DNA of 64,000 bases, from the NCBI RefSeq assembly GCF_004010195.1, contig NC_057752.1:3647639-3711638 (forward strand), written 5' to 3'. The translations under genes and the position numbers were made by a program. The notes beneath the pieces were generated by a model, which was not told the DNA's origin, did not search any database, and was given only the letters and a program-made list of their open reading frames with translations. Shown in pieces: positions 1 to 11,720 of this stretch (position 1 is the first letter of the stretch; each line of letters begins with the position of its first letter). This DNA comes from Chiloscyllium plagiosum (lineage: Eukaryota).

Positions 1-300
1 TGTTCCGGGGACCTGGGTTCGAATCCCACCACGGCAGATGGTGGAATTTCAGTTCTATGTTTAAAAATCTGGGATTAAGAGTCTAATGATGACCGTGAAT
101 CCATTGCAGATTGTTGGAAACCCCCATCTGGGTCACTAATGTCCTTTAGGGAAGGAAAAACTGCCATCCTTACCTGGTCTGGCCTACATGTCACTCCAGA
201 TCCACAGCAATGTGGTTGACCCTTAACTGCCCTCTGGGCAATTAGGGATGGGCAATAAATACTGGCCTAGCCAGCGATGCCCACATCCCATGAATAAAGA
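1..300 (+). mobile_element. tRNA-derived SINE (family B) with CR1-type 3' tail, 5' end cut by the window edge
   Basis: Box-B-like GGTTCGAATCCC; body shared with 53103-53460 (+), 24440-24740 (-) and 44720-45045 (-); tail GGGCAATTAGGGATGGGCAATAAA. Confidence 0.8.
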
Positions 301-596
301 AAACACTACACTACCCTGCCAGTGATGGTTTTTTTAAAGATCAGTCCAAACTGTGTCTTGTACTACTTTGAACCTGTGGCCCTTGTCCTCCTCTCATCAT
401 TTAAAATTTTAAGTTTTAAATTCAAAATTCACCTTTCCTGTTCCGTTAACTACAATGGCATTGGCTCAGTGACTCAGTGGTTAGCACTACAGCCTCACCA
501 CGCCAGACACCCAGGTTCGATCCCACCCTCGGGTGACTGTCTGTGTGGACTTTGCACATACTCCCTGTGTCTGTGTGGGTTTCCTCCCACAGTCCA

Positions 597-2737
597 AAGA
601 TGTGCAGGTTAGGGTGGATTGGCCATGCTAAATTGTCCCAAAGTGCCCAGGGATGTACAGGTTAGGGTGGATTGGCCTTGCTAAATTGTACGAGGTAAAA
701 ACAATGACTGCAGATGCTGGAAACCAGATTCTGGATCAGTGGTGCTGGAAGAGCACAGCAATTCAGGCAGCATTTTTGCTGCTCGTCGGATGCTGCCTGA
801 ATTGCTGTGCTCTTCCAGCACCACTGATCCAGAACCTTGCTAAATTGTACCATAGTGCACAGGGATGTGCAGGTTAGGGTGGATTGGCCATGCTAACTTG
901 TCCCATAGTGCCCAGGGATGTACAGGTTAGGGTGGAGTGGCCATGCTAAATTGCCCCATAGTGCACAGGGATGAGCAGGTTAGGGTGGATTGGCCATGCT
1001 AAATTACCCCATAGTGCCCAGGGATGTACAGGTTAGGGTGGAGTGGCCATGCTAAATTACCCCATAGTGCCCAGGGATGTGCAGGTTAGGGTGGATTGGC
1101 CATGCTAAATTGCTCCACGCTGCCCAGGGAAGTGCAGGTTAGGGTGGAGTGGCCATGCTAAATTGTCCCATAGTGCCCTGGGATGTACAGGTTAGGGTGG
1201 AGTAGCCATGCTAAATTGTCCCATAGTGCCCGGGGATGTGCAGGTTAGGGTGGATTGGCCATGCTAAATTGTCCCATAGTGCCCGGGGATGTGCATGTTA
1301 GGGTGGATTGGCCATGCTAAATTGTCCCATAGTGCCCAGAGATGTGCAGGTCAGGGTGGATTGGCCATGCTAAATCGTCCCATAGTGTCCAGGGATGTGC
1401 AGGTTAGGGTGGAGTGGCCATGCTAAATTGTCCCATAGTGCCCAGGGATGTGCAGGTTAGGGTGGAGTGGCCATGCTGAATTATCGATAGTGCCCAGGGA
1501 TGTGCAGGTTAGTGTGGAGTGGCCAAGCTAAATTACTCATAGTGCCCAGGGATGTGCAGGTTAGTGTGGAGTGGCCATGCTAAATTACTCATAGTGCCCA
1601 GGGATGTGCAGGTTAGGGTGGATTGGCCATGCTAAATTGCCCCACACTGCCCAGGGATGTACAGGTTAGGGTGGATTGGCCATGCTAAATTGTCCCATAG
1701 TGTCCAGGGATGTGCAGGTTAGGGTGGATTGGCCATGCTAAATTGTCCCATAGTGCCCAGAAATGTGCAGGTTAATGTGGAGTGGCCATGCTAAATTGTC
1801 CCACAGTGTCCAGGGATGTGCAGAACAGGGTGGATTGGCCATGCTAAATTGTCCCATAGTGTCCAGGGATGTGCAGGTTAGGGTGAAGTGGCCATGCTAA
1901 ATTATCGATAGTGCCCAGGGATGTGCAGGTTAGTGTGGATTGGCCATGCTAAATTGTCCCATAGTGCCGAGGGCTGTGCAGGTTAGGGTGGAGTGGCCAA
2001 GCTAAATTACTCATAGTGCCCAGGGATGTGCAGGTTAGGGTGGATTGGCCATGCTAAATTGCCCCACACTGCCCAGGGATGTACAGGTTAGGGTGGATTG
2101 GCCATGCTAAATTGTCCCATAGTGCCCAGGGATGTGCAGGTTAGGGTGGAGTGGCCATGCTAAATTGTCCCATAGTGCCCAGGGATGTGCAGGTTAGGGT
2201 GGAGTGGCCAAGCTAAATTACCCATAGTGCCCAAGGATGTGCAGGTTAGTGTGGAGTGGCCAAGCTAAATTACCCATAGTGGCCAAGGATGTGCAGGTTA
2301 GTGTGGAGTGGCCATGCTAAATTACTCATAGTGCCCAGGGATGTGCAGGTTAGGGTGGATTGGCCATGCTAAATTGCCCCACACTGCCCAGGGATGTACA
2401 GGTTAGGGTGGATTGGCCATGCTAAATTGTCCCATAGTGCCCAGGGATGTGCAGGTTAGGGTGGAGTGGCCATGCTAAATTGTCCCATAGTGCCCAGGGA
2501 TGTGCAGGTTAGGGTGGAGTGGCCAAGCTAAATTACTCATAGTGCCCAGGGATGTGCAGGTTAGTGTGGAGTGGCTATGCTAAATTACTCATAGTGCCCA
2601 GGGATGTGCAGGTTAGGGTGGATTGGCCATGCTAAATTGCCCCACACTGCCCAGGGATGTACAGGTTAGGGTGGATTGGCCATGCTAAATTGTCCCATAG
2701 TACCCAGGGATGTACAGGTTAGGGTGGATTGGCCATG
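597..2737 (+). repeat. 53-bp tandem satellite (~38 units), consensus CAGGGATGTGCAGGTTAGGGTGGATTGGCCATGCTAAATTGTCCCATAGTGCC
   Basis: Period read directly (GGTTAGG at 2401 and 2454). Some units are 52-bp variants. Confidence 0.97.
692..834. mobile_element. Penelope-like terminal-repeat fold-back insertion (family P1)
   Basis: Perfect 45-bp inverted arms at 729-773 and 790-834; 16-bp TSD CCTTGCTAAATTGTAC at 676-691 and 835-850; same family as 27750, 52543 and 61697. Confidence 0.85.
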
Positions 2738-3559
2738 GGAAATGTAGGTTCCAGAGAAAGTGTGGGTCTGGGTGGGATACTCTTCAGAAGGTTGGTTTGG
2801 ACCCCAATGGGCCGAATGGTCTGCGAGAGGAATTCTATATTTTCTCTTTTGATTCACCTCACCAATACATCCTGTCTGTGCTGCAAGTGTAAAGTTGTTG
2901 CCTTATAAATCAGTTTAATCAGCGTGTGGCCCATCTCTTCACTGCCTCCAATGTTCACATAAAATGGAAGAGAAAATTAATTGGGTTTTCTTTGTGAAAA
3001 GTAACCTGCTTACTGCAGCTCCTCGATAACAAACGTAATATTGCTCAAGACAAGAATTCTCCCTGCAGCAACACTAAACGGGCACACGAAGAAAATATGA
3101 AATTACAAGTTACTGCGCGAGATCGTTGGAAACGAACATTGAATATGTTTGTAACTTGCCCTTCTTACTTAAATAACTGTCTTCATCCATTTATTCTAAA
3201 TGGGTTTAAAATCTTCATTCACTGGTAAATTGGGCAAATTCCTGATGAATACCGTAAACAAAGGCAGTCTTGTGGCACAGCAAAATAGCGTCCCTGCCTC
3301 TGAGCTACAAGCTCTGGGTTCAAGCCCCACTTCAGGACTTGATGACCAAAGAAGGGACAGGGTCAAACAGTTTGAGTCTGAACCTGCAATTTCTTCCAAA
3401 AGGCAGCAAGAACAGGAGAGATTAGTGGTCAGCCACATGGTGGTAAGAAGTCTGGAGCCTCCAGCCCACTGTTTATAACTCTGGACTATCCCAGAGCAGC
3501 TTTGGGGGTCAGTCACATACAGACACAAAGCAGGTTGAGCTCATTCAGCCTCTTCTGCC

Positions 3560-4100
3560 TACTCTGATTGTCACACATCTCCTGCTGGAAGGTGCCTTCA
3601 CAAAGGAAGTCCAGAGAAAGATGCAGTGGTTTCTGTCGAGGTTTGTCCTGAGCCGCCCCGTGACTCAGGACTCTGTGCTCTACGGGCTGTTCCCCAGGAA
3701 GCACACTGAGAAAAACATCGTCTGCGTCTGGAGGACCATTAACTCAGTGAAAGATTCTCTTTGATCTGCCTGAACCTTGTTGGCCTTCCAGAACAAGGAG
3801 TTGACCCTTGGCTGGGTGTTGCAGACTGGCACATTCCAAGGTCCAGGCCTACGTGCTGAGGGACACACTAAAGCCTGGGCCAGCTACCGCCAAGGCGCAG
3901 TGGGGAAAGACCACTGTCTGAAGGCTTTCTGCTGAAGGCAAATGGGGGTCTGTTCAGTTATCGGACTCTCCCAGTGCCTCAGATGCATGTAAATATAATC
4001 TTATACAAGTAAGAAATGCCTTTGGTTTGTTTGTTGCTCCGCATGCTACTGTATAGAACTGAATTGCCTTAGGCACTACGTGTGTATATAAAGGTATTTT
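3560..4100 (+). mobile_element. Tx1/L1-like LINE ORF2 3' fragment (degenerate)
   Basis: Reads VTHLLLEGAFTKEVQRKMQWFLSRFV..VTQDSVLYGLFP..HTEKNIVCVWRTINSVKDSL..AKAQWGKTTV*, the typical Tx1-type ORF2 C-terminus; followed by an AT-rich tail. Confidence 0.7.
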
Positions 4101-4139
4101 TATTATTTGCATGTGTATGATTAGTACAGTGTATATGTG

Positions 4140-4856
4140 TGTTTGGACTATTAATCGAATTTCAGAAGGGTTTTCAAAATGAAGCCATCTTTTGGTATTG
4201 ATGGTTCATTTTTTTAAGGGGGGAGTTATCACAAAGCTAGTCCCTTTCTTCTAAAAGCTGTTCCTTTTCTCAGGAATATTGTGTCCTTGACTTTTTTTTT
4301 CGGATGGGTCATAAACCACGCCGGGCTCTGATCAGTCTGGTTTTGGTACAGAGACAAAAAGGATTATGAGAGGCCTTTTGTTTATATGTAAACAGACGAG
4401 ACTTCAGGCCAAAGTGGTTATGTTTTAGAAGTGACCTGTATAATGAAAGGGGAGTGGTCAGCTCTCTAGCTGAGCAGTTAAGTCCAGAACTAGTTAGAAG
4501 TTCAACAGTGGAACTGTGTGGAAACTCTCTCTGTCTCTTTCTGCCCTTCTAACTTCAACCTGTAAGCATCTGTTCCCTTTTTTAAAGGGGGTTTGTTTAC
4601 TGGGACTGTTGTATATATTCAGAATTGCTAAGTCTAGTTTGGATAGACCGAGTTCTGTAGGGGTGCTTTATGCTGTTCTTTGTGTTTCATTGTGTAATTG
4701 TGTGATTAAAGTTTTGTCTGTTTTACAACCTGGTAGTCAACCTCACTAACTTACTCCGGGTAATTTTCACTGTATACTTACTGATACAAATTGTAAAGTT
4801 ATGGTCTGGGCTGCCTGCTTAAGGACGTTTGGAGTGGTCTGGCCTAGTCCATAACA
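4140..4856 (+). mobile_element. 3' LTR (4227-4856) of an LTR retrotransposon, with upstream polypurine tract
   Basis: Same family as solo LTR 51201-52417; ends ..CCATAACA; preceded directly by TTTTTTAAGGGGGGAGT (PPT-like). Confidence 0.75.
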
Positions 4857-4859
4857 GAC

Positions 4860-5210
4860 AACCTGCCCAGATGTTAGTTTTGCAAAGTGCTTCCAATGCA
4901 ATTCTATTGTTCCTTAAATAAGGTGACCAATACAGGACACAGTACTTGGGGTGTGATCTAATCGGTCCCTTATAATCACTGAAGCGCACCTTTCCTACTT
5001 CTGTATTCAATCCCCTTGCAAGAAATAACACCATTTTATGAGCTTTCCTCATTCCTTGCTGTACCCACATACCAACCTTTTGTCATTCATGCACCAGGAC
5101 ACCCTCTGCTTCTCTGATCCTTGCAATGTCTCACCAAGTCGATAATGTGCTTCCTTTTTATTCTTCCTGCCAAAAATGGACAATTTCCCACATTACACTC
5201 GGAGCTTTGT
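4860..5210 (-). mobile_element. CR1-type LINE RT fragment
   Basis: Minus-strand translation includes RSHPKYCVLYWSPYLRNNRIALE, the CR1 motif RPHLEYCVQFWSPYL. Confidence 0.75.
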
Positions 5211-6204
5211 TCCCTCATTCCATCCATACGCACCTTACGTCCTGTTCATGGCTTACTCACTTTGTGCGATCAACAAATTTGGCACATGGCCCTTCATCCG
5301 AAGCATTTACACAGACAGCTGGCTGCACGGCCGGTGTGTATCAGACTCGTTCCAACAGCAGGAGGTTCAATCCCCGTTCCAGATGGAGGAGATTTTAAAC
5401 TTACCTCCTTGTAGCCTTGCCTTCAGAGAACCAAGCAAATGAAATGTCAGAGGACAATGTGTCAGCAGTCCAAATGCTACAAGTTGCCGTACAAATTTCT
5501 CACACCCAATACTCAAGCCGAAATGTCCGCTGTGTCTTAACTATGCTGCAGCCTGACTCCATTACTGACCCCAGTACTCAATTCAAGAAGGCAGAGCCTT
5601 GGCAAAGTCAGTTTGTTGTCTGAAAGGCGCACACAACTCCATTTCCATGACAGAATGGTTTACCTTGTGTGACACTCCTGTCCTTATAAGACAGCAAATG
5701 CGCTGGCCTGTCGTGAGCACCATTATAGGAGAATACACTGGATCTATATGTATTATACATTTAGGGGAGTTAATTCACCAACACTAAAAGGTTATTGCTC
5801 CATAACTTAAACCAACCTATGTGCATGCAGATTCTGAAATCGTTGAACCTCTCCACTGGATTACTATTTTGTATTCTGCTTGCTAGCTAGCCAATGCTTT
5901 CACTTTATATTCAGATTATGCATCCATTTGCAGAGAATAAAGCGACTGTGTCATAAGTCAATTATATTATGCATTTGCTTGGCCAGGAATGTGAATGGAG
6001 GCCTTTAAATGTAAAAGAGAACAAGCCATCTCCAAATCCCCACGTTATTATAAGTTCGACAGTGACATTTCTGCTTTCATGGGTTGCCAAACTGTTCCAA
6101 TTCTAAAAATAGAGGCAAAGATTAGGAGACACAGTTATATTTTTAAAAATTCTTAGTCTGGTAGCTTAAAAGGTAATTAAGCTCAGTTAAAATAAATAGG
6201 ATTA

Positions 6205-6625
6205 CATCGAGCTATAGAGTCATACAGCACGGAAACAGACCCTTCGGTCCAACTTGTCTGTGCTGACCAGATATCCCAATCTGACCCCTGTCCATTTGGC
6301 CCCTATCCCTCCAAACCCTTCCCATTCATGTCCCCATCCAGATGCCTTTTAAATGTTGTCATTGTACCAGCCTCCGCCACTTCCTCTGGCAGCTCATTCC
6401 ATACACGCACCACCTTCTGTGTGAAAACGTTACCCCTTAGGTCCCTTTTAAATCTTTCCCCTCTCACCTCTGCCCTCTAGTTTTGGACTCTCCTATGTTG
6501 GGATAAAATCCTTGACTATTCACCCTTTCCATGCCCCTCATGATTTTATAAACCTTGATAAGGTCACCCTTCAGCCTCTAATGCTCCAGGGAAAACAGCC
6601 TCAGCCTATTCAGGCTCTCCCTATA
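6205..6625 (-). mobile_element. HER1/CR1 LINE 3' fragment
   Basis: Reverse complement of the 3' end seen at 21762-22453 (tail CTATGACTCTAT; RVVRVWNELPEEV region). Confidence 0.85.
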
Positions 6626-7189
6626 TCAATTTTAAAAGCGACTAAGAAATGTTAAGATTGGAGAAGTATGGGTGGAGTTTACTTCTAAATGGTCAGATTT
6701 AGAGTGTAAAACCCAATGGCTATTCATGACTCCATGTGCAGCGACAGTTACAGAGACTTATAGTCCCAACTGGGAAAGGTCAAGGCCTACAAACACTTAA
6801 AATTGCAAGAGAATGACTTCCAAATGTCTTACAGCCTTTAGAAAAACTTGAAGATCTTTCCAATCTACTTGGCAGCCTTTACCAAGACTGAATGGGGAGA
6901 GACGTTGAGCTGAAATTTCCCACTTTTAGGTGAGATATAAGGCACCCCACTTTGCTAAGGCCCGAGTTTATTTTTCTCAAGCGAGCTTCCACTCTCTTCA
7001 CGCAGCTGGCCTCTCCGGTACCCATTCTGTGGTAACGTGGAGCGGAAAAGAAGGGGGTGTTTGTCATTGCCTGGATGTTCCAGAATTAACACACCCGGTG
7101 CCACATTGAAACACCAGTTCCACAGCACCTCAGATGCTGTAAGCCAGGAGCTGTACATCTCACGGTGGTCTTGCAATGTTATCCCCAAG

Positions 7190-7430
7190 GAAATAGCCCC
7201 AGAAAAGCAAATTCGTTCCTCGGTTCACCTATAGGGACCTGGAGGTGCTGGTGGATCGAGTGATGCAGAGGAGGGCTGCGCCATATCCTGCCGACTGGCA
7301 AAGGAGGCCATGCTACCAGATCCAGTCAGCCGAGACTGAGATAGTGGCCCCAGAGTAGCGCAGCGCCCGGGTGGACTATATCCCAGCAGCACAGGAGGAA
7401 GGTCAAGGATCGTCAACTCGGCAAGGGTTA
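7190..7430 (+). mobile_element. PIF/Harbinger Myb/SANT-like ORF relic
   Basis: Reads KFVPRFTYRDLEVLVDRVMQRRAAPYPADWQRRP...SAETEIVA, then after a frameshift QQHRRKVKD. This matches the PRF..DLE.L...V..RR..L.P...AW..VA...QCRKK.NDL pattern of Harbinger Myb proteins. Confidence 0.6.
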
Positions 7431-7729
7431 GTGCCGCCATCTTGTTCCTGCTCCCTCACGCTGACAGGGCCAACGCTCACTCTGCCAACCACACACACCT
7501 CTCACCAAACCTCAGGAATAACAACTCTCAGTATCACATCCCTTCAATGGCTGCCATCTGCTTTGTTCTCCCAAACTACCAACCCTTCCTGTCCTCTGTG
7601 CTTCCTACCCGCTCGGTGGGGGGGGCACCTCACCATGAAGTGCTCTTCCAAGCATTTCCATCATATCCATTGCCCACTCCCCATTGTAAGGAAAATCTGC
7701 CTGCGCACCCCCCCACTTAAATGATGTCT

Positions 7730-8097
7730 CCACAGCAACCTGAACCTTCCATCCATTGACTTCCCATTGCCTTGGGAAAGCAGCCAACATCCTCAAAGAC
7801 CCCTGCCACCTTGGTTATTGTCTCTTCTGACCTCGTCCATCAGACAGAAGATACAAAAGCTTAAACACATGGTCCAACAGATTCAAGAACAGCTTCTTCC
7901 CCGCTGTTATTAGACTTCTGACTGGACCTCTCCAATTTCAAATCTAATGTTGATCTCTGTGCACCTTCCCTGCAGCCATAACATTGTATTCCTCACTCTA
8001 TTCTATTACCCTGATGCGCTTTATGTGGTAGGATCTGCCCCTGTACTGCACACAGAACAAAACTTTTCACTGTACCTGGGTACATCAAATCAAACAC
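7730..8097 (+). mobile_element. Rex1/Babar LINE 3' fragment
   Basis: Homologous to 31845-32545 (-); encodes ..RFKNSFFPAVIRLL; tail AACTTTTCACTGTAC..ATCAAATCAAA. Confidence 0.75.
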
Positions 8098-9489
8098 AAA
8101 AATCTATATAGTACGACTGATCTGCAAGACTGACCATGGTCAATCCTTTAGACTCGAACCAGACTATGTCCTTGACTAAATGCCTGACCACAGTCCCTCT
8201 TAAACCCAGAAAGGTCTTCTACCCCTTTCACTTTCAGACATGGCCACTTGGTGGCAGCACAGGTGGTGCACTTGTCCTGTGTGCTGCTGGAACATGCTAT
8301 CGGTGGGACACAGACGTAGCACAGTCCATCCTCCTGGTTAATTAGTAACAAGCTACCTGCCGCTCCCTCTCTGCTACAGGCCGCACAGGCTGGAAGTGAG
8401 GTGAGCACTGGGGAAATTATGCCAGACAATGCAGCCTGGGGAGATGCATGGAATGCGTGTGCGTCCCCTTTGCACGGGAACGACTTGGCAGAAGTATGCA
8501 AGTGGTTCAGCTCCAAAGAGAAGTCGTGAACGCCTGAAGCGGTGTGCGAGTTGGCATGATAGCTGGCACCACGATACAGCATAAACTGCTTGGACAAAGC
8601 GCCAGGCGCGGACCGTGTCCATGGGGAGTGCAGGGACAATACGATAAAGACAGAGTCGGGCGAAGACTCGAAGAAGTAAGTGACAAGCTGCTGCTGCCAG
8701 GTTCCTGCTTTGACCTTCACGCCAGCAACTGGCACCCTCTATTTTCTCAAGGGAGGAGCTGGGAATTAGGAGCTGCATAGAAACTCGCTGGGTTGGGTTG
8801 TTAATGAGATGCAAATGCATGGAAATAAGGCCATCGCCACACATTAGGACCATTGGCAATACCAGCTCCTTGATGCACATTACCTGGAAGGTATCCCTGC
8901 AACATCTCTGCATCCAGCTCTCAGTAACCCAGAGGGTGCCATGAATCTCCCAGAATTCCAAGGCAGCGGTACCATGGTGTGTGGGAAACAAATCAAGTTC
9001 TGCTGGCCCTTACTCACCTGCCATTGCCATCATGCATCATCAGTTCAAGCTTGAAAGTGCTGTAACTGAGGTACTTCGAAAGAACCATGCAACTTTGAGG
9101 TTGGCAAGGCCTCCATCCACCAAACTATGACACTGGAGCTGCCCCAGAGAGAATGCAGGCGCCTGATTTTCAAAGTACAGTTGGGGAGACTGACACCCAA
9201 ATGCAGGTCAGATTCCAACGTCACGCCTGAACTGTGTGGCGCACATGACACAATCGCTGAATGTGAATGCCCTGATTAGAAAGGAGCACGTTTGGCACCC
9301 AATTAGTAGCACCAAGTGCCGCCAAGCTGTGAGAGCTGACTATCTGGCACCAGTGGCAAAGTCAGGCGGCAGCCATCTTGGGGCCTGCTGTTTGATTGCC
9401 AGATGAAGCCAGTCAGCACATCAGAGTCAGGAGGATAAATTCTTATTAATGAGAATGATCAGGCCAAACTAAGGCACTGCATGCATGTA

Positions 9490-11030
9490 TAAACATTTGA
9501 ATGAAGACCACTCAGCACATCAAAACAGCTCCACCATTCAATATGATCATAGCAGATCTGCTTGTCTTTTGACTGCCACATCCCTGACTACCTGTTGGCT
9601 GCCAAGCAAGGATCTATCTAGCTCCACCCTGGACCTATTCAATGACCCCGCTCCCACTGCTTTCCAAGGCAGAGAGTTCCAAAGTCACACAACCATCAGA
9701 GATACATTTTAAAAAATTCTCCTCATTCCTGTCCTGACTGGGCAGTCTCTAACTTTAAAACAGTGTCCTCTGATTCTGGACTCACTCAGAAGAGGAAATG
9801 TCCTTTCCACATCCACCTTATCAAAATGACTCAGGATCTTATAAACGTCAAGCAAATCTTGCCTCACTCTGAGATGATAGAATCCCTACAATGTGGAAGC
9901 AGGCCACTCGGCCCATCGAGTCCACACCAACCCTCCTAAATGCATCCCATCCAGACCCACCGTCCCCATTGCCCAGAGCTAATCCACCGAACCCACTCAT
10001 CCCTGGACACTATTGGCAATTAAGTAGAGCCAATGCACTCCAACCTGCACATCTTGGGACTGCGGGAGGAAACCCTCACAGACACAGGGAGAATATGCAA
10101 ACTCCACACAGACAATCATCTGAAGGTGGGACTGAACCTGGGTCCCTGGCATTGTGAGACAGCAGTGCTAACTACTGAGCCACAGTGCCACCCAAACTCC
10201 AGTGGAACAGAGCACAGCCTGTTTTCTCATAAGACAAGCTGTTCATTCCAGCTATTAATCTATCAAACTCCTCTGAACTGTCTCTAACGCATTTACATCC
10301 ATCCTTAAATAAGGAGACCAAAACTGCACACGGTATTCGAGATGTGATCTCCCCAATGCCCTGTATAATTGAAGCATGATATCCTCATTTTTATAATTAA
10401 TTGGGCACAGAATATCTCTCCTGCAGCTAGTCCTGCTTGGCATTCTCACCACTAACCCAAGTTCCAAAAAAGCATAGCATTCCATTCATCTCAATCCCAC
10501 TTAGCTCCTTCTGCACCTTTAGTACTGCAGTCAATATCTCTTTCAATAAGGATCTGTGTTTTCATTCTTCCTGCCAGAGTGAACAACTTCATATTTTCCC
10601 AAATTATATTCTGTCTGCCAGATTTTTACGCACTCACTTAACTTGTCTCTATCCATCTTCACAACATACTTTCTGACTTATCTTTGTTCATCTGCAAATT
10701 TCGACACGTGTCTTTGAGCCCCTCATCTAAGTCACTGATATAAACTGTAAAATGTTGAGGGCCCATCACAGACCCCAAACATCACACCCTGCCAACCTGA
10801 AAATAAATCGGTGCATGCACTCTGTTTTCTGCTGGTCAGCCAATCTTCTATCCTTGCTGATATGTTATCTTTACACCAACTTTGCACAATAACCTTTTAT
10901 GTCGAATTTTGTCAAATGTCATCTGGAAATCCAAGAACAATACATCAATGGGCTCCCCTTTATTCACAGCATCTGTTATTCTTTCAAAGAATTCTGACAA
11001 ATGGATTAAAAAGGATTTCCTGAGGGAGAT
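9490..11030 (-). mobile_element. Degenerate CR1 LINE interrupted by an HE1 SINE
   Basis: Minus-strand MLQLYRALGRSHLEYRVQFWSPYLRMDVNALETVQR (10255-10400), with RT-like fragments to ~11020. Confidence 0.75.
9875..10193 (-). mobile_element. HE1-type V-SINE
   Basis: Reverse complement of GGTGGCACTGTGGCTCAGTAGTTAGCACTGCTGTCTCAC.. head, V-domain and HER1 tail. Confidence 0.85.
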
Positions 11031-11117
11031 TACCCTGTAAACTGTCAGACAAAAAATATTTCTTTGACCTCACTGCCTATCTGTAGCAGACTGTTCAGAT
11101 TCAGTGGAATCAGATTA

Positions 11118-11720
11118 AGAACATAAGAAACAGGAACAGGAGTAGGCCATCTGACCCCTCCAGCCCGCTCCACCATTCACCGAGATCATGGCTGATCTTT
11201 TCATGGACTCAGCTTCACTTACCCGCCCGCTCACCATAACCCTTAATTCCTTTACTGCTCAAATATCTATCGTTGCCTTAAAACCATTCAGTGAGGTAGC
11301 CTCAACTGCTTCACTGGGCAGGGACTTCCACAGATTCACAACCCTTTGGGGGAAGAAGCTCCTCCCTAACTCAGTCCTAAACCTGCTATGCCCCCTCGTT
11401 CTAGTTTCACCCGCCCGTGGAAACAACCTCCCTGCTTCAATCTGATCTATTCACTTAGTCATTTTATATGTTTCTATAAGAGCCCCCCCTCATTCTTCTA
11501 AATGAGTATAACCCCAGTATACTCAGTCTCTCCTCATAAGGCAACCCTCTCAACTCTGGAATCAACTTCGTGAATAACCTCTGCACCCCCTCCGGTGCCT
11601 GTACATCCTTTTTCAAGGAGCCCAAAACTGTACATGGTACTGCAGGGGTGGTCTCACCAGCACCGTATACAGCTGCAGCAGAACCTCCCTGCTTTTCAAC
11701 TGCACCCCTCTAGTGATTGA
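11118..11720 (-). mobile_element. CR1 LINE 3' fragment
   Basis: KSREVLLQLYTVLVRPPLQYHVQFWAP on the minus strand; tail TTCTTATGTTCT. Confidence 0.8.

Larger units (their letters stand above)
458..2840 (+). mobile_element. HE1-type V-SINE expanded by an internal 53-bp tandem array
   Basis: tRNA-like head (GACTCAGTGGTTAGCACT...GGTTCGATCCC), V-domain (GACTGTCTGTGTGGACTTTGCAC), then the array, then the HER1-like tail (GGGCCGAATGGTCTG..GGAATTCTAT) at ~2760-2840. Confidence 0.85.

Noticed and set aside
597..2737. Regularly spaced repeats resembling a CRISPR array
   Set aside because: The units are contiguous with no unique spacers, derive from a SINE, sit in a vertebrate context, and no cas genes are present.
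3267..3335. tRNA-like sequences (also 26335-26400 and all HE1/SINE-B heads)
   Set aside because: A/B-box-like SINE heads without a complete cloverleaf; not called as tRNA genes.
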